34,364 bases of DNA, taken from the IMG/VR virus record IMGVR_UViG_3300029258_001891, one strand, 5' to 3'. The notes under the pieces are model-generated. The model had not been told where the DNA came from and ran no database searches. It was given only the letters and a program-made list of their open reading frames with translations. Made by a program: the position numbers and the translations under genes. The DNA is from an uncultured virus (IMG/VR IMGVR_UViG_3300029258_001891) (lineage: Duplodnaviria > Heunggongvirae > Uroviricota > Caudoviricetes). Shown here piece after piece: positions 8,885 to 16,889 of the stretch (within the stretch, counting starts at the first letter, position 1; the number at the start of each line of letters is the position of its first letter).

Positions 8885-9289
8885 ATGGCCCGCACAGCGA
8901 AGCAGAGATCGAAGCACTGGAAGAAGGTCGAAGCCGATGTAGCGGCGTTCTTCGGAACCAAGCGCGTTCCTCTGTCTGGTAGCAACTCGGGCCACGACAC
9001 CCAATCAGACTCCCGTAGCCCTCACTTCTACATCGAAACGAAGTACCGCGACAAGCACGCGGCTGTGGAGCTGTGGAAGGAGCAGCTTCCCAAGGCACAG
9101 GAAGAGGGTAAGCCTCTCATCGTGGCCTTGGCCCAACGGCGACAACACAGACAGAAGGGATGCCCTCAGTTCCTTGTGTTGATCGATCCGGGAGACATCA
9201 AAACCATTGCTGCCCTACTGCCGAAAGCGAGGATGGAACAATGCCGGAAGCAAACGGGAACATCAAAGAAGAGAAGACCGGCTCGGTGA
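8885..9289 (+). CDS. Second Holliday junction resolvase-like PD-(D/E)XK nuclease
   Basis: WKKVEADVA..RVPLSGS..SD..FYIETKYR..KPLIVAL; AGGAG RBS. Confidence 0.8.
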   Translation: MARTAKQRSKHWKKVEADVAAFFGTKRVPLSGSNSGHDTQSDSRSPHFYIETKYRDKHAAVELWKEQLPKAQEEGKPLIVALAQRRQHRQKGCPQFLVLIDPGDIKTIAALLPKARMEQCRKQTGTSKKRRPAR

Positions 9290-9705
9290 AGAAGGCTGAG
9301 TACAGCTACCACCGGGGGTCTGTGAGGATCAGCGGAGCGACCCAAGTTTTCAAGATAGGGATGGACGCCTACAACCTGTGGGCACGGGGAGTGCGCCCTA
9401 TCGAGTTCGTCTTTCTCGGGGCGAACGCGGGCCACCAAGCGTACAAGTGCGCGATCATCACATGCAGGGCCATCAACAGGGATTTCGTCACCAAGCGTTC
9501 CAGGCTGCGTGTCGCCTGTATCCCCTACTGGACGAGCGTCGTAGTCGAGAACCGGGAAACGAAGGAAAAAATCATCAAAGATTGCTCAGTTTTGCGCCTT
9601 GTGAGTGTGGTTCCTGAGAATCACAAGAATTTCAGGGTTGCAAACTGGCGTCCTGTGCATAAAATAACCCCTCAAGAAGCAAGTTCGGATAAGCCGTCCG
9701 CTTGA
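9241..9705 (+). CDS. spoVS: SpoVS-family (Alba-fold) protein
   Basis: VRISGAT..IEFVFLGANAGHQAYKCAII..ACIPYWTSVVV aligns with SpoVS LKVS..EIQAIGAGALNQAVKAVAIA..ICIPAFTDI. Confidence 0.75.
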   Translation: MPEANGNIKEEKTGSVKKAEYSYHRGSVRISGATQVFKIGMDAYNLWARGVRPIEFVFLGANAGHQAYKCAIITCRAINRDFVTKRSRLRVACIPYWTSVVVENRETKEKIIKDCSVLRLVSVVPENHKNFRVANWRPVHKITPQEASSDKPSA

Positions 9706-9730
9706 CGGGAAGCCGGGATTCTACTAGGCT
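9702..9730 (+). promoter_or_regulatory. Sigma70-type promoter
   Basis: TTGACG-N17-TAGGCT. Confidence 0.55.
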
Positions 9731-9781
9731 GTGATCGTCGTACTGGCACTCAGGCCGGTACAAGGAAGAGAGGAGGCGATC

Positions 9782-9937
9782 ATGCCAGGGGGAGGAAAGG
9801 GGGGAACAGCAGCGGCAGGCCGCAAAGGGCGTCGAGGCGTTCGTGCAGGCCGTCGCCGTGGGGGTGCAGCGGCAGGCCGTGGCAGACAGCGCCTGGGCGT
9901 GCAGGCTGGCAAGCGAAGGCGTCCCCCGCGACCGTAA
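9782..9937 (+). CDS. 51-aa Gly/Arg-rich protamine-like peptide
   Basis: GAGGAGG RBS; MPGGGKGGTAAAGRKGRRGVRAGRRRGG...RRRPPRP*; no acidic residues. Confidence 0.75.
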   Translation: MPGGGKGGTAAAGRKGRRGVRAGRRRGGAAAGRGRQRLGVQAGKRRRPPRP

Positions 9938-9954
9938 GCATTCGTTGTAGGGGG

Positions 9955-10010
9955 AAGGCGAGTCAACCGTTAGCGTTTGCGGACGCTAGAAATACTCGCC
10001 TTTTTCTTTT
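9955..10010 (+). terminator. Intrinsic terminator
   Basis: GGCGAGT...ACTCGCC outer stem enclosing TAGCGTT/GACGCTA, followed by TTTTTCTTTT. Confidence 0.7.
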
Positions 10011-10020
10011 ACTCTCCGCA

Positions 10021-10434
10021 GTGGACGGTACGGCCATGGAAGACATCCCGCTCGGCAAAGTGGTTCCGTTTCCAGAAGAATATTCGCCATCCTTGCTCGT
10101 AGGCGTTCCTTTCCAAGTGAAGCATCCAACGCCGAGTATCTGCATTTCTTTCGAAGAGTTCACGTCTCTCTGTCCGGTGACGGGACAACCGGACTTCGGG
10201 GCAATCGACATACAGTACACGCCTTTCGAAAGCATCTGTGAATCGAAGTCGCTGAAGCTGTACTTGGGGAGCTACAGGAACTTCAAGGCGTTTCAGGAAA
10301 GCATCACAGCAAGGATTCGAGATGACTTCTTGAAAGCCATCGATCCTTTGACTGTGAGTGTGAGTACCACGTTCAACTCTCGCGGCGGTGTGAGGATACG
10401 TTGCACAGCGGAAGGAGAAAGAAAATGCCCGTGA
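10021..10434 (+). CDS. queF: preQ0 reductase (unimodular QueF)
   Basis: EFTSLCPVTGQPDFG, QueF motif ESKSLKLY, FNSRGG; start may be 10036. Confidence 0.93.
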   Translation: MDGTAMEDIPLGKVVPFPEEYSPSLLVGVPFQVKHPTPSICISFEEFTSLCPVTGQPDFGAIDIQYTPFESICESKSLKLYLGSYRNFKAFQESITARIRDDFLKAIDPLTVSVSTTFNSRGGVRIRCTAEGERKCP

Positions 10435-11123
10435 TCCTGGCTTCTGGAGGACTAGATTCTACCGCGCTGTTCTATGCCATCGCAAAGAACCCCTTTGTGT
10501 ACGGAGTGAACCCTGAAGAACGGATCATCAACTTGGTCGTTGACTTCGGGCAAGTGACAACAGAAAAGTCCATAGAGTACGTCGAGTATCATCAAGGAGT
10601 TCTCGGGAGAGGATTCTTGGTGAGGCACAGGGCTGACATACCGATGAAAGATGAAGTCAAAGGCGGGCCGATTTTCCGCTTTGGCGAGAAGATAGAACCT
10701 GGACGCAGTTCCATTGCCAAGGACTACATCAACGGAAGGAACACTTTCCTCATCACACAGGGCGCTTGTTTGGCCAGCATAGAAGAGATGGACCTGTTCG
10801 TGGGTTTCCATCACGAAGAGGAGGAACCGCATTCGGATCGCACTTCCGCTTTCCTTGACACGTATCGGGAACTTCAGGAAGTCGGCGGCTTCACGAAAGA
10901 CGAAATCACCGAGATACGAGCGCCGTTTCTTGAATGCGGATTCCAGAAGCATCAAGTTGCTTTGCTCGCGCTTAGTCTCGGCATCGATCTTGAAAAAACG
11001 AATTCCTGCAACTACGATCCAAAAGGTTGCGAAGTGTGCCTCGCATGTTTGGTTCGGGCTTCCGCGATAACCTCTGCACAGAAGGTGTACAAGAAATGGA
11101 ATCAGGACAAAAAGGCGCACTGA
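10425..11123 (+). CDS. Divergent QueC-family PP-loop ATPase
   Basis: SGGLDS, DFGQ, YINGRN, TNSC..CEVCLACLVR Zn site; canonical YPDCR replaced by HSDRT. Confidence 0.85.
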   Translation: MPVILASGGLDSTALFYAIAKNPFVYGVNPEERIINLVVDFGQVTTEKSIEYVEYHQGVLGRGFLVRHRADIPMKDEVKGGPIFRFGEKIEPGRSSIAKDYINGRNTFLITQGACLASIEEMDLFVGFHHEEEEPHSDRTSAFLDTYRELQEVGGFTKDEITEIRAPFLECGFQKHQVALLALSLGIDLEKTNSCNYDPKGCEVCLACLVRASAITSAQKVYKKWNQDKKAH

Positions 11124-11797
11124 TTCTTCTTTCCGGCGGACAGGATTCGGCAACCTGTCTTGCGCTGATGAAACGGAACTTCAAGTATCCGTTCGTGGAT
11201 GCTCTGTCTTTTTGTTACGGCCAGCGGCATGAGATGGAACTGCTCCAAGCAAAGCGGATAGGGAAAATCTTCGAAGTCCGCAAGCACGACACCGTTGATT
11301 TGAAGAACTACGGAGCACTCCTCGATTCCGCTCTGACAGGGTACAGTTTTGAGAAGATCGAGGAAAGCAAGAGGTTCAAGGGATTGCCCACGTCGTTTGT
11401 TCCTGGCCGGAACATGGTGTTCTTCTCTATCGCTGCCGGAGTGGCCGTCAGCCGGGGGATAGAGCACATCTACAGCGGCGTGTGCCAAGCGGATTCCAGC
11501 GGCTATCCTGATTGCCGTTATGAGTTTGTTGCTGCGTGTGAAGACGCTATCAACTTCGCCTTGGGATTGCCTAAGAACACTGTGCGCCTGTTCACGCCGT
11601 TAATAAACATGACGAAGGCGCGCATCTTTGAAGCAGCGGATGAGTTGGGCGTTCTGGAAACCATCTTGACTGAAACAGCGACTTGCTATAACACAGGGTT
11701 AGGCAAACACAGTTGGGGACACGGATGCGGAAAATGTCCAGCTTGCTTACTCCGAAAGAAGGGTTGGGAGGAGTTCTGTGAACGCCAGAAAGCGTAA
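11096..11797 (+). CDS. queC: 7-cyano-7-deazaguanine synthase
   Basis: SGGQDS, YGQRH..E, FVPGRN, GYPDCR, TCY..GCGKCPACLLR. Confidence 0.96.
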   Translation: MESGQKGALILLSGGQDSATCLALMKRNFKYPFVDALSFCYGQRHEMELLQAKRIGKIFEVRKHDTVDLKNYGALLDSALTGYSFEKIEESKRFKGLPTSFVPGRNMVFFSIAAGVAVSRGIEHIYSGVCQADSSGYPDCRYEFVAACEDAINFALGLPKNTVRLFTPLINMTKARIFEAADELGVLETILTETATCYNTGLGKHSWGHGCGKCPACLLRKKGWEEFCERQKA

Positions 11798-12344
11798 ATC
11801 GGCTGAAAAAGCCTATGCCCGGATGTGCCACCATCTAGGCATAAAGCTGAAGAACGAAACGCTGGAGACTCCCCGGCGTGTCGTCAAGATGCTTGAACAG
11901 ATGACAGCGAACAAGGACAAGATCAATGATCGCTATCCTCACCGATTACCTTTCGACTTCAAGTTGTTCAAATCAAGAGGGAACGACATCGTTGTCATGC
12001 GAGACATCTGTTTCGTATCGATCTGCCAACATCACTTCGTGCCGTTCTATGGGACAGTCGGAATCGGTTATTTACCAGGAAAACACATCGTCGGATTCTC
12101 GAAACTTCCACAGTTGGTTGAATTCTTCTCGAAGGTCGGAACTCTTCAAGAAGAGTTCACGCATAGAATCGCCGCAGAGCTTGAAGAAAGGCTCAAACCT
12201 GAAGCCGTTTGCGTTCTCTCCAAGGCCCACCATGCGTGTGTATGCGCGGGAACTGGTGACATCCATGCGGCGACCAAAGTCTGCGTCGTGCTCGGGCAAG
12301 CGGGTTTGCAAGTCAAGGATGAAATCCTGGAGCACATAAAATGA
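11778..12344 (+). CDS. folE: GTP cyclohydrolase I
   Basis: ETPRRV, SICQHHFVPFYG, GYLP..GFSKL, LQE, HHAC. Confidence 0.92.
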   Translation: MNARKRKSAEKAYARMCHHLGIKLKNETLETPRRVVKMLEQMTANKDKINDRYPHRLPFDFKLFKSRGNDIVVMRDICFVSICQHHFVPFYGTVGIGYLPGKHIVGFSKLPQLVEFFSKVGTLQEEFTHRIAAELEERLKPEAVCVLSKAHHACVCAGTGDIHAATKVCVVLGQAGLQVKDEILEHIK

Positions 12345-12634
12345 TTCCCTGTGGTGAAATGGTATCACGACGGCGAAGGAGATTGAAAATGCAGAAAGGG
12401 ACGAAGACAAAACGCCGACGCGAGATGGGCGAGAAGGCTTTGACTTTCATCATCGAAAAGGCATACGAAAGCTATTTGTAATTGCTGGGTGTAATGAATC
12501 ATATGAACGACTGCGGAAAGAAGCTGAGAAGTGCGTGTTGCTCTGTGCTGTTTGTCATCGTGCCGTTACTGTTGGGAGGCTCCGTCTTTCTGCGTAATCC
12601 GCGATTCCTGGTTCGAATCCAGGCGGGGGAGCCA
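12345..12634 (+). tRNA. Interrupted or pseudo-tRNA gene (Asn-like; anticodon not readable)
   Basis: 5' half TTCCCTG-TG-GTGA-AATGGTA-TCAC; 3' half TAATCCGC-GATT-CCTGG-TTCGAAT-CCAGG-CGGGGGA-G-CCA; acceptor strands pair 7/7 with two G-U; about 220 nt inserted in the anticodon arm. Confidence 0.75.
12358..12597 (+). pseudogene. HNH endonuclease remnant inside the tRNA
   Basis: Open frame reads ...GFDFHHRKGIRKLF..SYERLRKEAEKCVLLCAVCHRAVT..SA*; no in-frame ATG and no N-terminal CxxC. Confidence 0.75.
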
Positions 12635-12796
12635 CGACGCGCTGTTTTGGAGAACTTCGAATCACGAGCGAGTAAAACCATGAGAGATCACATGGTAGAC
12701 CTAATGTATGCGCTCACGATCATAGCTCTTGTGGGAGCATTGTCGTTTTTTGCTTTTTGGAGAAGTAAGATTGAAGAGAAAGAAAGGAGCGAATCA

Positions 12797-13102
12797 ATGG
12801 CGATTTCAGGAAAGATGACTCATCAAGTCGTGTTCAGCAGGCAGGGAAAGGGAAAGAAAGCCAAACACGAGGTAAGCGTGTACAGTGCCAACGGGAATTA
12901 TCTCTTCGGCACCGGCTCGCAAGGCGGGCAAGGCTACGAGAACCGTGTCGATTGCGTGAACATGTTTCGGAATTTCACCGAAGCCGTAAAGAACAAGACT
13001 GTCGAGTACGTCTTTGACGCTCCTCCGAAGACTGTCGTATCCCCTGAAGAAGCGCCCAAGGAAGATGAAGGTGAAAAATCCGAAGAAGACAAAGGAGAGT
13101 AG
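12797..13102 (+). CDS. DUF1508/YegP-like protein
   Basis: AAAGGAG RBS; VYSANGNYLFGTGSQ..GYENRVDC resembles the A.NG.I..S.GY...C pattern; in-frame upstream extension from 12680 adds a TM helix. Confidence 0.65.
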   Translation: MAISGKMTHQVVFSRQGKGKKAKHEVSVYSANGNYLFGTGSQGGQGYENRVDCVNMFRNFTEAVKNKTVEYVFDAPPKTVVSPEEAPKEDEGEKSEEDKGE

Positions 13103-13105
13103 GGT

Positions 13106-13303
13106 ATGAGATGTTGCGCCTGCCGGGAAAACGAAGGGAATCCTCATAGGACAATCGCGGGACATGCCGTGTGTAATGAGTGCTTTGAGGATTTCAAGAC
13201 GTTGAAGAAAGAAGATCGGCCCATGGCGCAAGTGTGGATCGAACAAAAACTCGGTCGGAATGCGTGCAAGGACAAAGGAAGAGGTAGCCTAGGAATGAGG
13301 TAA
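13106..13303 (+). CDS. Small Zn-finger protein
   Basis: CCAC...CNEC; AGGAG upstream. Confidence 0.65.
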   Translation: MRCCACRENEGNPHRTIAGHAVCNECFEDFKTLKKEDRPMAQVWIEQKLGRNACKDKGRGSLGMR

Positions 13304-13307
13304 ACTA

Positions 13308-13724
13308 ATGGTCAAGGTAACGAAATTTTTGGGCGAGTTCTCTATCGCCCATAGGTTGATGCGGCACGAAGGGAAGTGTCGTTTCTTGCACGGGCACAAC
13401 TACCGCGTGGAGTTGACGGCCTACGGCAACATAGGCGACAACGGATTTGTGGTGGACTTCGCGGAACTCAAAAAGTTGAAACACGTCGTGGAGAGATGGG
13501 ATCATAAAGTCGTTCTCAAAATAGACGATCCTCTCGCGGGCGTTCTCATTGAGGGCGGCTTCAGGGAACACGTGTTCATAATCCATCAAGACCCTACGGT
13601 TGAAGTGTTGGCGCTTCATTGGTTCGCGGAGATGAAGGAGTGTTTCGAGCATGAATCCGCAAGACTGGACTCCCTTCGCGTTTGGGAAACGAATACATCT
13701 TATGCGGAGGCAAGGAACTCCTAA
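13308..13724 (+). CDS. queD: 6-carboxytetrahydropterin synthase
   Basis: FSIAHRL..GKCRFLHGHNY, VVDF, WDH, PTVE, VWET. Confidence 0.95.
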   Translation: MVKVTKFLGEFSIAHRLMRHEGKCRFLHGHNYRVELTAYGNIGDNGFVVDFAELKKLKHVVERWDHKVVLKIDDPLAGVLIEGGFREHVFIIHQDPTVEVLALHWFAEMKECFEHESARLDSLRVWETNTSYAEARNS

Positions 13725-14466
13725 AGAAATTGGTGTACATGAAATTTATGAGACGATTTCCGGGGAAGGTCCAACAGTTGGCCTTCCTTCTGTTTTTCTG
13801 AGGACTCTTGGATGCAATCGAACATGTAGTTGGTGCGATAGCGGCTACAAACCGGAAAATATCAAACCGAGTCAGGCGGAAACAAAACACCTTTCGTTAT
13901 CTGTCGAGTATGTTATTTCTGTTTTGAAGTCTTTTCCTCTTCACAAGCGCCATGTTGTTTTCACTGGCGGTGAGCCTACTATCTTCCTTCCACAGATTGT
14001 TCAAATCTGCAAAGAGATCGAACCGGCGTTCGGGACTTCAATCGAAACGAACGGGGAACTTCTGGACAAGTGCGATCCGAAACATTTCGTTTGCATTGAC
14101 GCATGGATCATTTCTCCGAAACTCTCTAGCTCCGGTAGGCGCAGTGCGCTTCCTACATTGGTCCGTTATATGACGAATTGCTATTTCAAGTTCGTTGTCG
14201 GCACGGAACAGGACATGAGGGAAGTCGAGGAAATCCTGAAAGAAGAAGTCTTTGTGAGAGAAGTTTTCATCCAACCCGCTGACGGCCATCCAGATGCGAT
14301 AAAGGTGATATTGGAGAGTGGAATCTTTTCCGAAAAAGACAAGGTGTTTTCAAACCAACGTGAAACAAACCAACGTGCTTTTGCCTTTCCGTTCAGCGAC
14401 GATGTGAAAAGGTGTTTGGCCGTCAGGTTTGTCCCACAGGTTCACAAGTTTCTCGGCATGGCATAG
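13702..14466 (+). CDS. queE: 7-carboxy-7-deazaguanine synthase (radical SAM)
   Basis: EIYETISGEG, FLRTLGCNRTCSWCD, VFTGGEP, IETNG, ISPK, PQVHK. Confidence 0.95.
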   Translation: MRRQGTPKEIGVHEIYETISGEGPTVGLPSVFLRTLGCNRTCSWCDSGYKPENIKPSQAETKHLSLSVEYVISVLKSFPLHKRHVVFTGGEPTIFLPQIVQICKEIEPAFGTSIETNGELLDKCDPKHFVCIDAWIISPKLSSSGRRSALPTLVRYMTNCYFKFVVGTEQDMREVEEILKEEVFVREVFIQPADGHPDAIKVILESGIFSEKDKVFSNQRETNQRAFAFPFSDDVKRCLAVRFVPQVHKFLGMA

Positions 14467-14563
14467 GTTCAAGGTCACTTATACCCTTTCTTTGCTCGCA
14501 TAGAGGTAATCTGGTAAACCCCGTCTACCGTCATGTGATAACCTATAAGCAGATGTGGCCCTA

Positions 14564-14590
14564 TCCTGCACTTGTGCACCATGTGCAGGA
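14564..14590. repeat. Inverted repeat after the que cluster
   Basis: TCCTGCAC-N11-GTGCAGGA. Confidence 0.5.
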
Positions 14591-14594
14591 ATTA

Positions 14595-14682
14595 GTGAAA
14601 TTTCACGTGAAAAAGTTTTTTCTGTGCTTGCACTATGCTGGCATTTCGCTATAATGCCACATAGTATAATGTTCTTTGACAA
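14595..14682 (+). promoter_or_regulatory. Palindromic operator + sigma70 promoter + boxA-like site
   Basis: GTGAAATTTCACGTGAA 14595-14611; A/T tract; TTGCAC(14628)-N16-TATAAT(14650); second TATAAT at 14665; GTTCTTTGACAA 14671-14682. Confidence 0.75.
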
Positions 14683-15325
14683 TTGAGCGATTTACGAGCG
14701 ACGGCGAAACCCGGTTATCGCGTTCTATGTGACGCGCGGGGAACCCGAGCTAGGGTACGGCCTGAAGCCGAATCCAACGGAGCAAGCCAAGGTCGCGGGA
14801 ATGAATCGCAGGATTAAGAGCGGGGTTCGCGCCCACGGAATCGTCGGGAGACGATTGCTAGGGGCGGGCCGCAAACCGCGAGTGGACCGGGAAAGCACCC
14901 GGTTGCGAACACACAGAGACGGACAAGCGGCCAAGCAGACCTTCGGACGAACGGCGGATCGGGCTAGGTGGTGACAAGCGGGCCATCTTCGCTCCCGTCC
15001 TAATCCAGAAAACCGGAATGGTTAGGTTCTAAGTCTTGGCAAAAGCTGTCGCGTGCAAACCTCGTCCCGTAAGGCAATCCAAAACCATAGCGGGCCGTGC
15101 CGATAGGCCAGGTCGCGGGGAATGCACGTGCAAAGTCGCAGTCTCGCCGTGGATAGGGGAAAAGACCCCTAGCTAATGCTTCTGGTATGTCGATTCAAGC
15201 CGAAAACAAAATGCGGCGTCACGAGCGCGGAACAGGTCGGCACGTTGGCTTGAAAGCGCGGGTTAGGCGCGACGCAAAAAGCGGCGGATCGCGAAAACGC
15301 CGGGAGCACTGCTAGTGGCCTTTGA
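14683..15325 (+). ncRNA. Putative large structured RNA or leader (about 640 nt)
   Basis: No credible ORF; many stems, e.g. AATCGTC-GGGA-GACGATT (14839-14856), ACCGGG/CCCGGT, CC-GTAA-GG, TAGGGG/CCCCTA (15154-15171), TTCAAGCCGA/TTGGCTTGAA (15194-15254). Confidence 0.65.
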
Positions 15326-15351
15326 GAAGTGAACCGAAGAAAGAGAGGGAG

Positions 15352-15699
15352 ATGACCATGGGTCGTGTCAAAGCGTTTTTGTACGAAGTTGCTGTCGTCT
15401 TGGGTCGTGAAGACGACATGCACATCCTGGACATCGCCAAGATCGGGGAAAAGACCTTGGAATCGGTCGATGCAATGAGAGAACAGGGCGTCGAGTTTTC
15501 GGCGGTGGACGCGAAGTTTGCTGAGTACGTCCATCAAGCCGCGCGTTCTCTAGGGTACGATGACAACGGAAGAAGAGTCGAGAATCCATCCCGAGTACGG
15601 AGTACATCGTCGGGAAGAGGATGCTCTCGAAGCGAAGAAGTCCGCCGAACACGAAATCAAGAGAGCACTGGTGGGTGTGTGCTACGTGAGAAAGGTTGA
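15352..15699 (+). CDS. Hypothetical protein
   Basis: GAGGGAG RBS; first gene after the structured region. Confidence 0.6.
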   Translation: MTMGRVKAFLYEVAVVLGREDDMHILDIAKIGEKTLESVDAMREQGVEFSAVDAKFAEYVHQAARSLGYDDNGRRVENPSRVRSTSSGRGCSRSEEVRRTRNQESTGGCVLREKG

Positions 15700-15752
15700 T
15701 TGACTTCTTCGTTTTCACAAGTGACGAAAACACAATCTGAAAGGAGAGAATC

Positions 15753-16139
15753 ATGCAAGCGATTTTCGTGAAGACAGCGAAGGTTCTCGAAGAGCATCTT
15801 CGGGATGAGGAGTTCGTGAAATTGGGCGAAGCGATGGACAACGATCCTAACAACGCGCTTCTGGAAGCGGTGAACAAACGCTTGGCAAAGAGCCATCCCG
15901 AAATCTTCGGGAGCGGGACCAAAACGAAGAAGAAGGCAAAGACGGTGTATGTTCGGAAGACAAGGGATGTTGTTTGCCAAAGATGCGGGGTGAAAACCCG
16001 TGTTCCTGCCGGCGGTAGCTTGAAGAACTATGTGTGCGCAGCAAAGAACAAGAAGGACAGGATGTCCGGCAGATTGACCATATGTTCTGGTCAATTCCGG
16101 TTGATGAAAAAGGAGAACCGGCATGTACGTGACAGATGA
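15753..16139 (+). CDS. Hypothetical Zn-ribbon protein
   Basis: AAAGGAG RBS; CQRC..C..C. Confidence 0.7.
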   Translation: MQAIFVKTAKVLEEHLRDEEFVKLGEAMDNDPNNALLEAVNKRLAKSHPEIFGSGTKTKKKAKTVYVRKTRDVVCQRCGVKTRVPAGGSLKNYVCAAKNKKDRMSGRLTICSGQFRLMKKENRHVRDR

Positions 16140-16524
16140 AGCAGGGACGTACTACAAAGGTACGGAGCAGCATCACAGACGCGCTCCGTTTTTGATCCTC
16201 ATGCAACCGGACGATGAGGACGTGGGTAAGAAAAACAATTTACGTGGAATCGTCCGCAAGGTCGCACTCAGGCAATGCGGACATTGGATGATGGGCTGTG
16301 CCCGTGTCAAGAACAGGACTGTCTTCGTGTGCGGCGCTTACGGTAACAGCGGCTTGCCGAAGACTGTTTCCCGCAAGACGTGGGAGCAAGGCATTCCGCT
16401 CCCGCAAGAGTTGTACGACGCCTGGAACAAGGGCGGGGGTTGGAACAGTGTCGGAACCGAATGGGCGGCAATGCGCAAATGGGCCGTCAAAACACTCTTG
16501 AAGAAGAAAGGAGAACGGGAATGA
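16123..16524 (+). CDS. Hypothetical protein
   Basis: AAAGGAG RBS; 133 aa. Confidence 0.75.
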   Translation: MYVTDEAGTYYKGTEQHHRRAPFLILMQPDDEDVGKKNNLRGIVRKVALRQCGHWMMGCARVKNRTVFVCGAYGNSGLPKTVSRKTWEQGIPLPQELYDAWNKGGGWNSVGTEWAAMRKWAVKTLLKKKGERE

Positions 16525-16865
16525 CTTACAAGAAAGCGGACAGTTTGCTTCAAGGCAGGTGTAAGAAAAGCCGTAAGTTGACGAACAACACCTACTTGGA
16601 GCGGGACGGGAAGGACATCTGCGTCCGGTTGCACAGAACCAACATCCTACGTTTCAAGCCGGACGGCAGAATCATCGTGGTGACGGGCGGATGGGAGACC
16701 GTCACCACGAAAGACCGGATCAATCGGTACTTGCCTGGGAACTACAGGATCAGCCAACATTCCCACGTGTGGTATTGGCACGAAGGATGGAAACGCGGCT
16801 TCCCTTTCAAGGACGGAGACGAGATCGCAGCGAACGGAGAGTTGAAGGCACAGGCTCGTGTCTGA
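16521..16865 (+). CDS. Hypothetical phage protein
   Basis: AAAGGAG RBS, ATGA overlap; VRLHRTNI..TGGWETVTTKDRINRY. Confidence 0.75.
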   Translation: MTYKKADSLLQGRCKKSRKLTNNTYLERDGKDICVRLHRTNILRFKPDGRIIVVTGGWETVTTKDRINRYLPGNYRISQHSHVWYWHEGWKRGFPFKDGDEIAANGELKAQARV

Positions 16866-16889
16866 GTTCGGAGAAGAAAGGAGATTCAA

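Noticed and set aside
12345..12634. tmRNA interpretation of the split tRNA
   Set aside because: Has a D-stem and G discriminator, lacks the alanine G3-U70 pair, and the insert encodes an HNH fragment
12482..12679. N-terminal part of the 206-aa ORF 12482-13102
   Set aside because: Overlaps the HNH remnant and the tRNA 3' half; better starts exist at 12680 and 12797
14494..14545. tRNA-like 5' sequence GCTCGCATAGAGGTAATCTGGTAAACC with GTC in a loop-like position
   Set aside because: No T-arm or matching acceptor 3' strand; at most a decayed fragment
14725..14974. Short ORFs on both strands within the structured region
   Set aside because: No RBS; Arg/Gly/Ala-rich composition expected from GC-rich non-coding DNA
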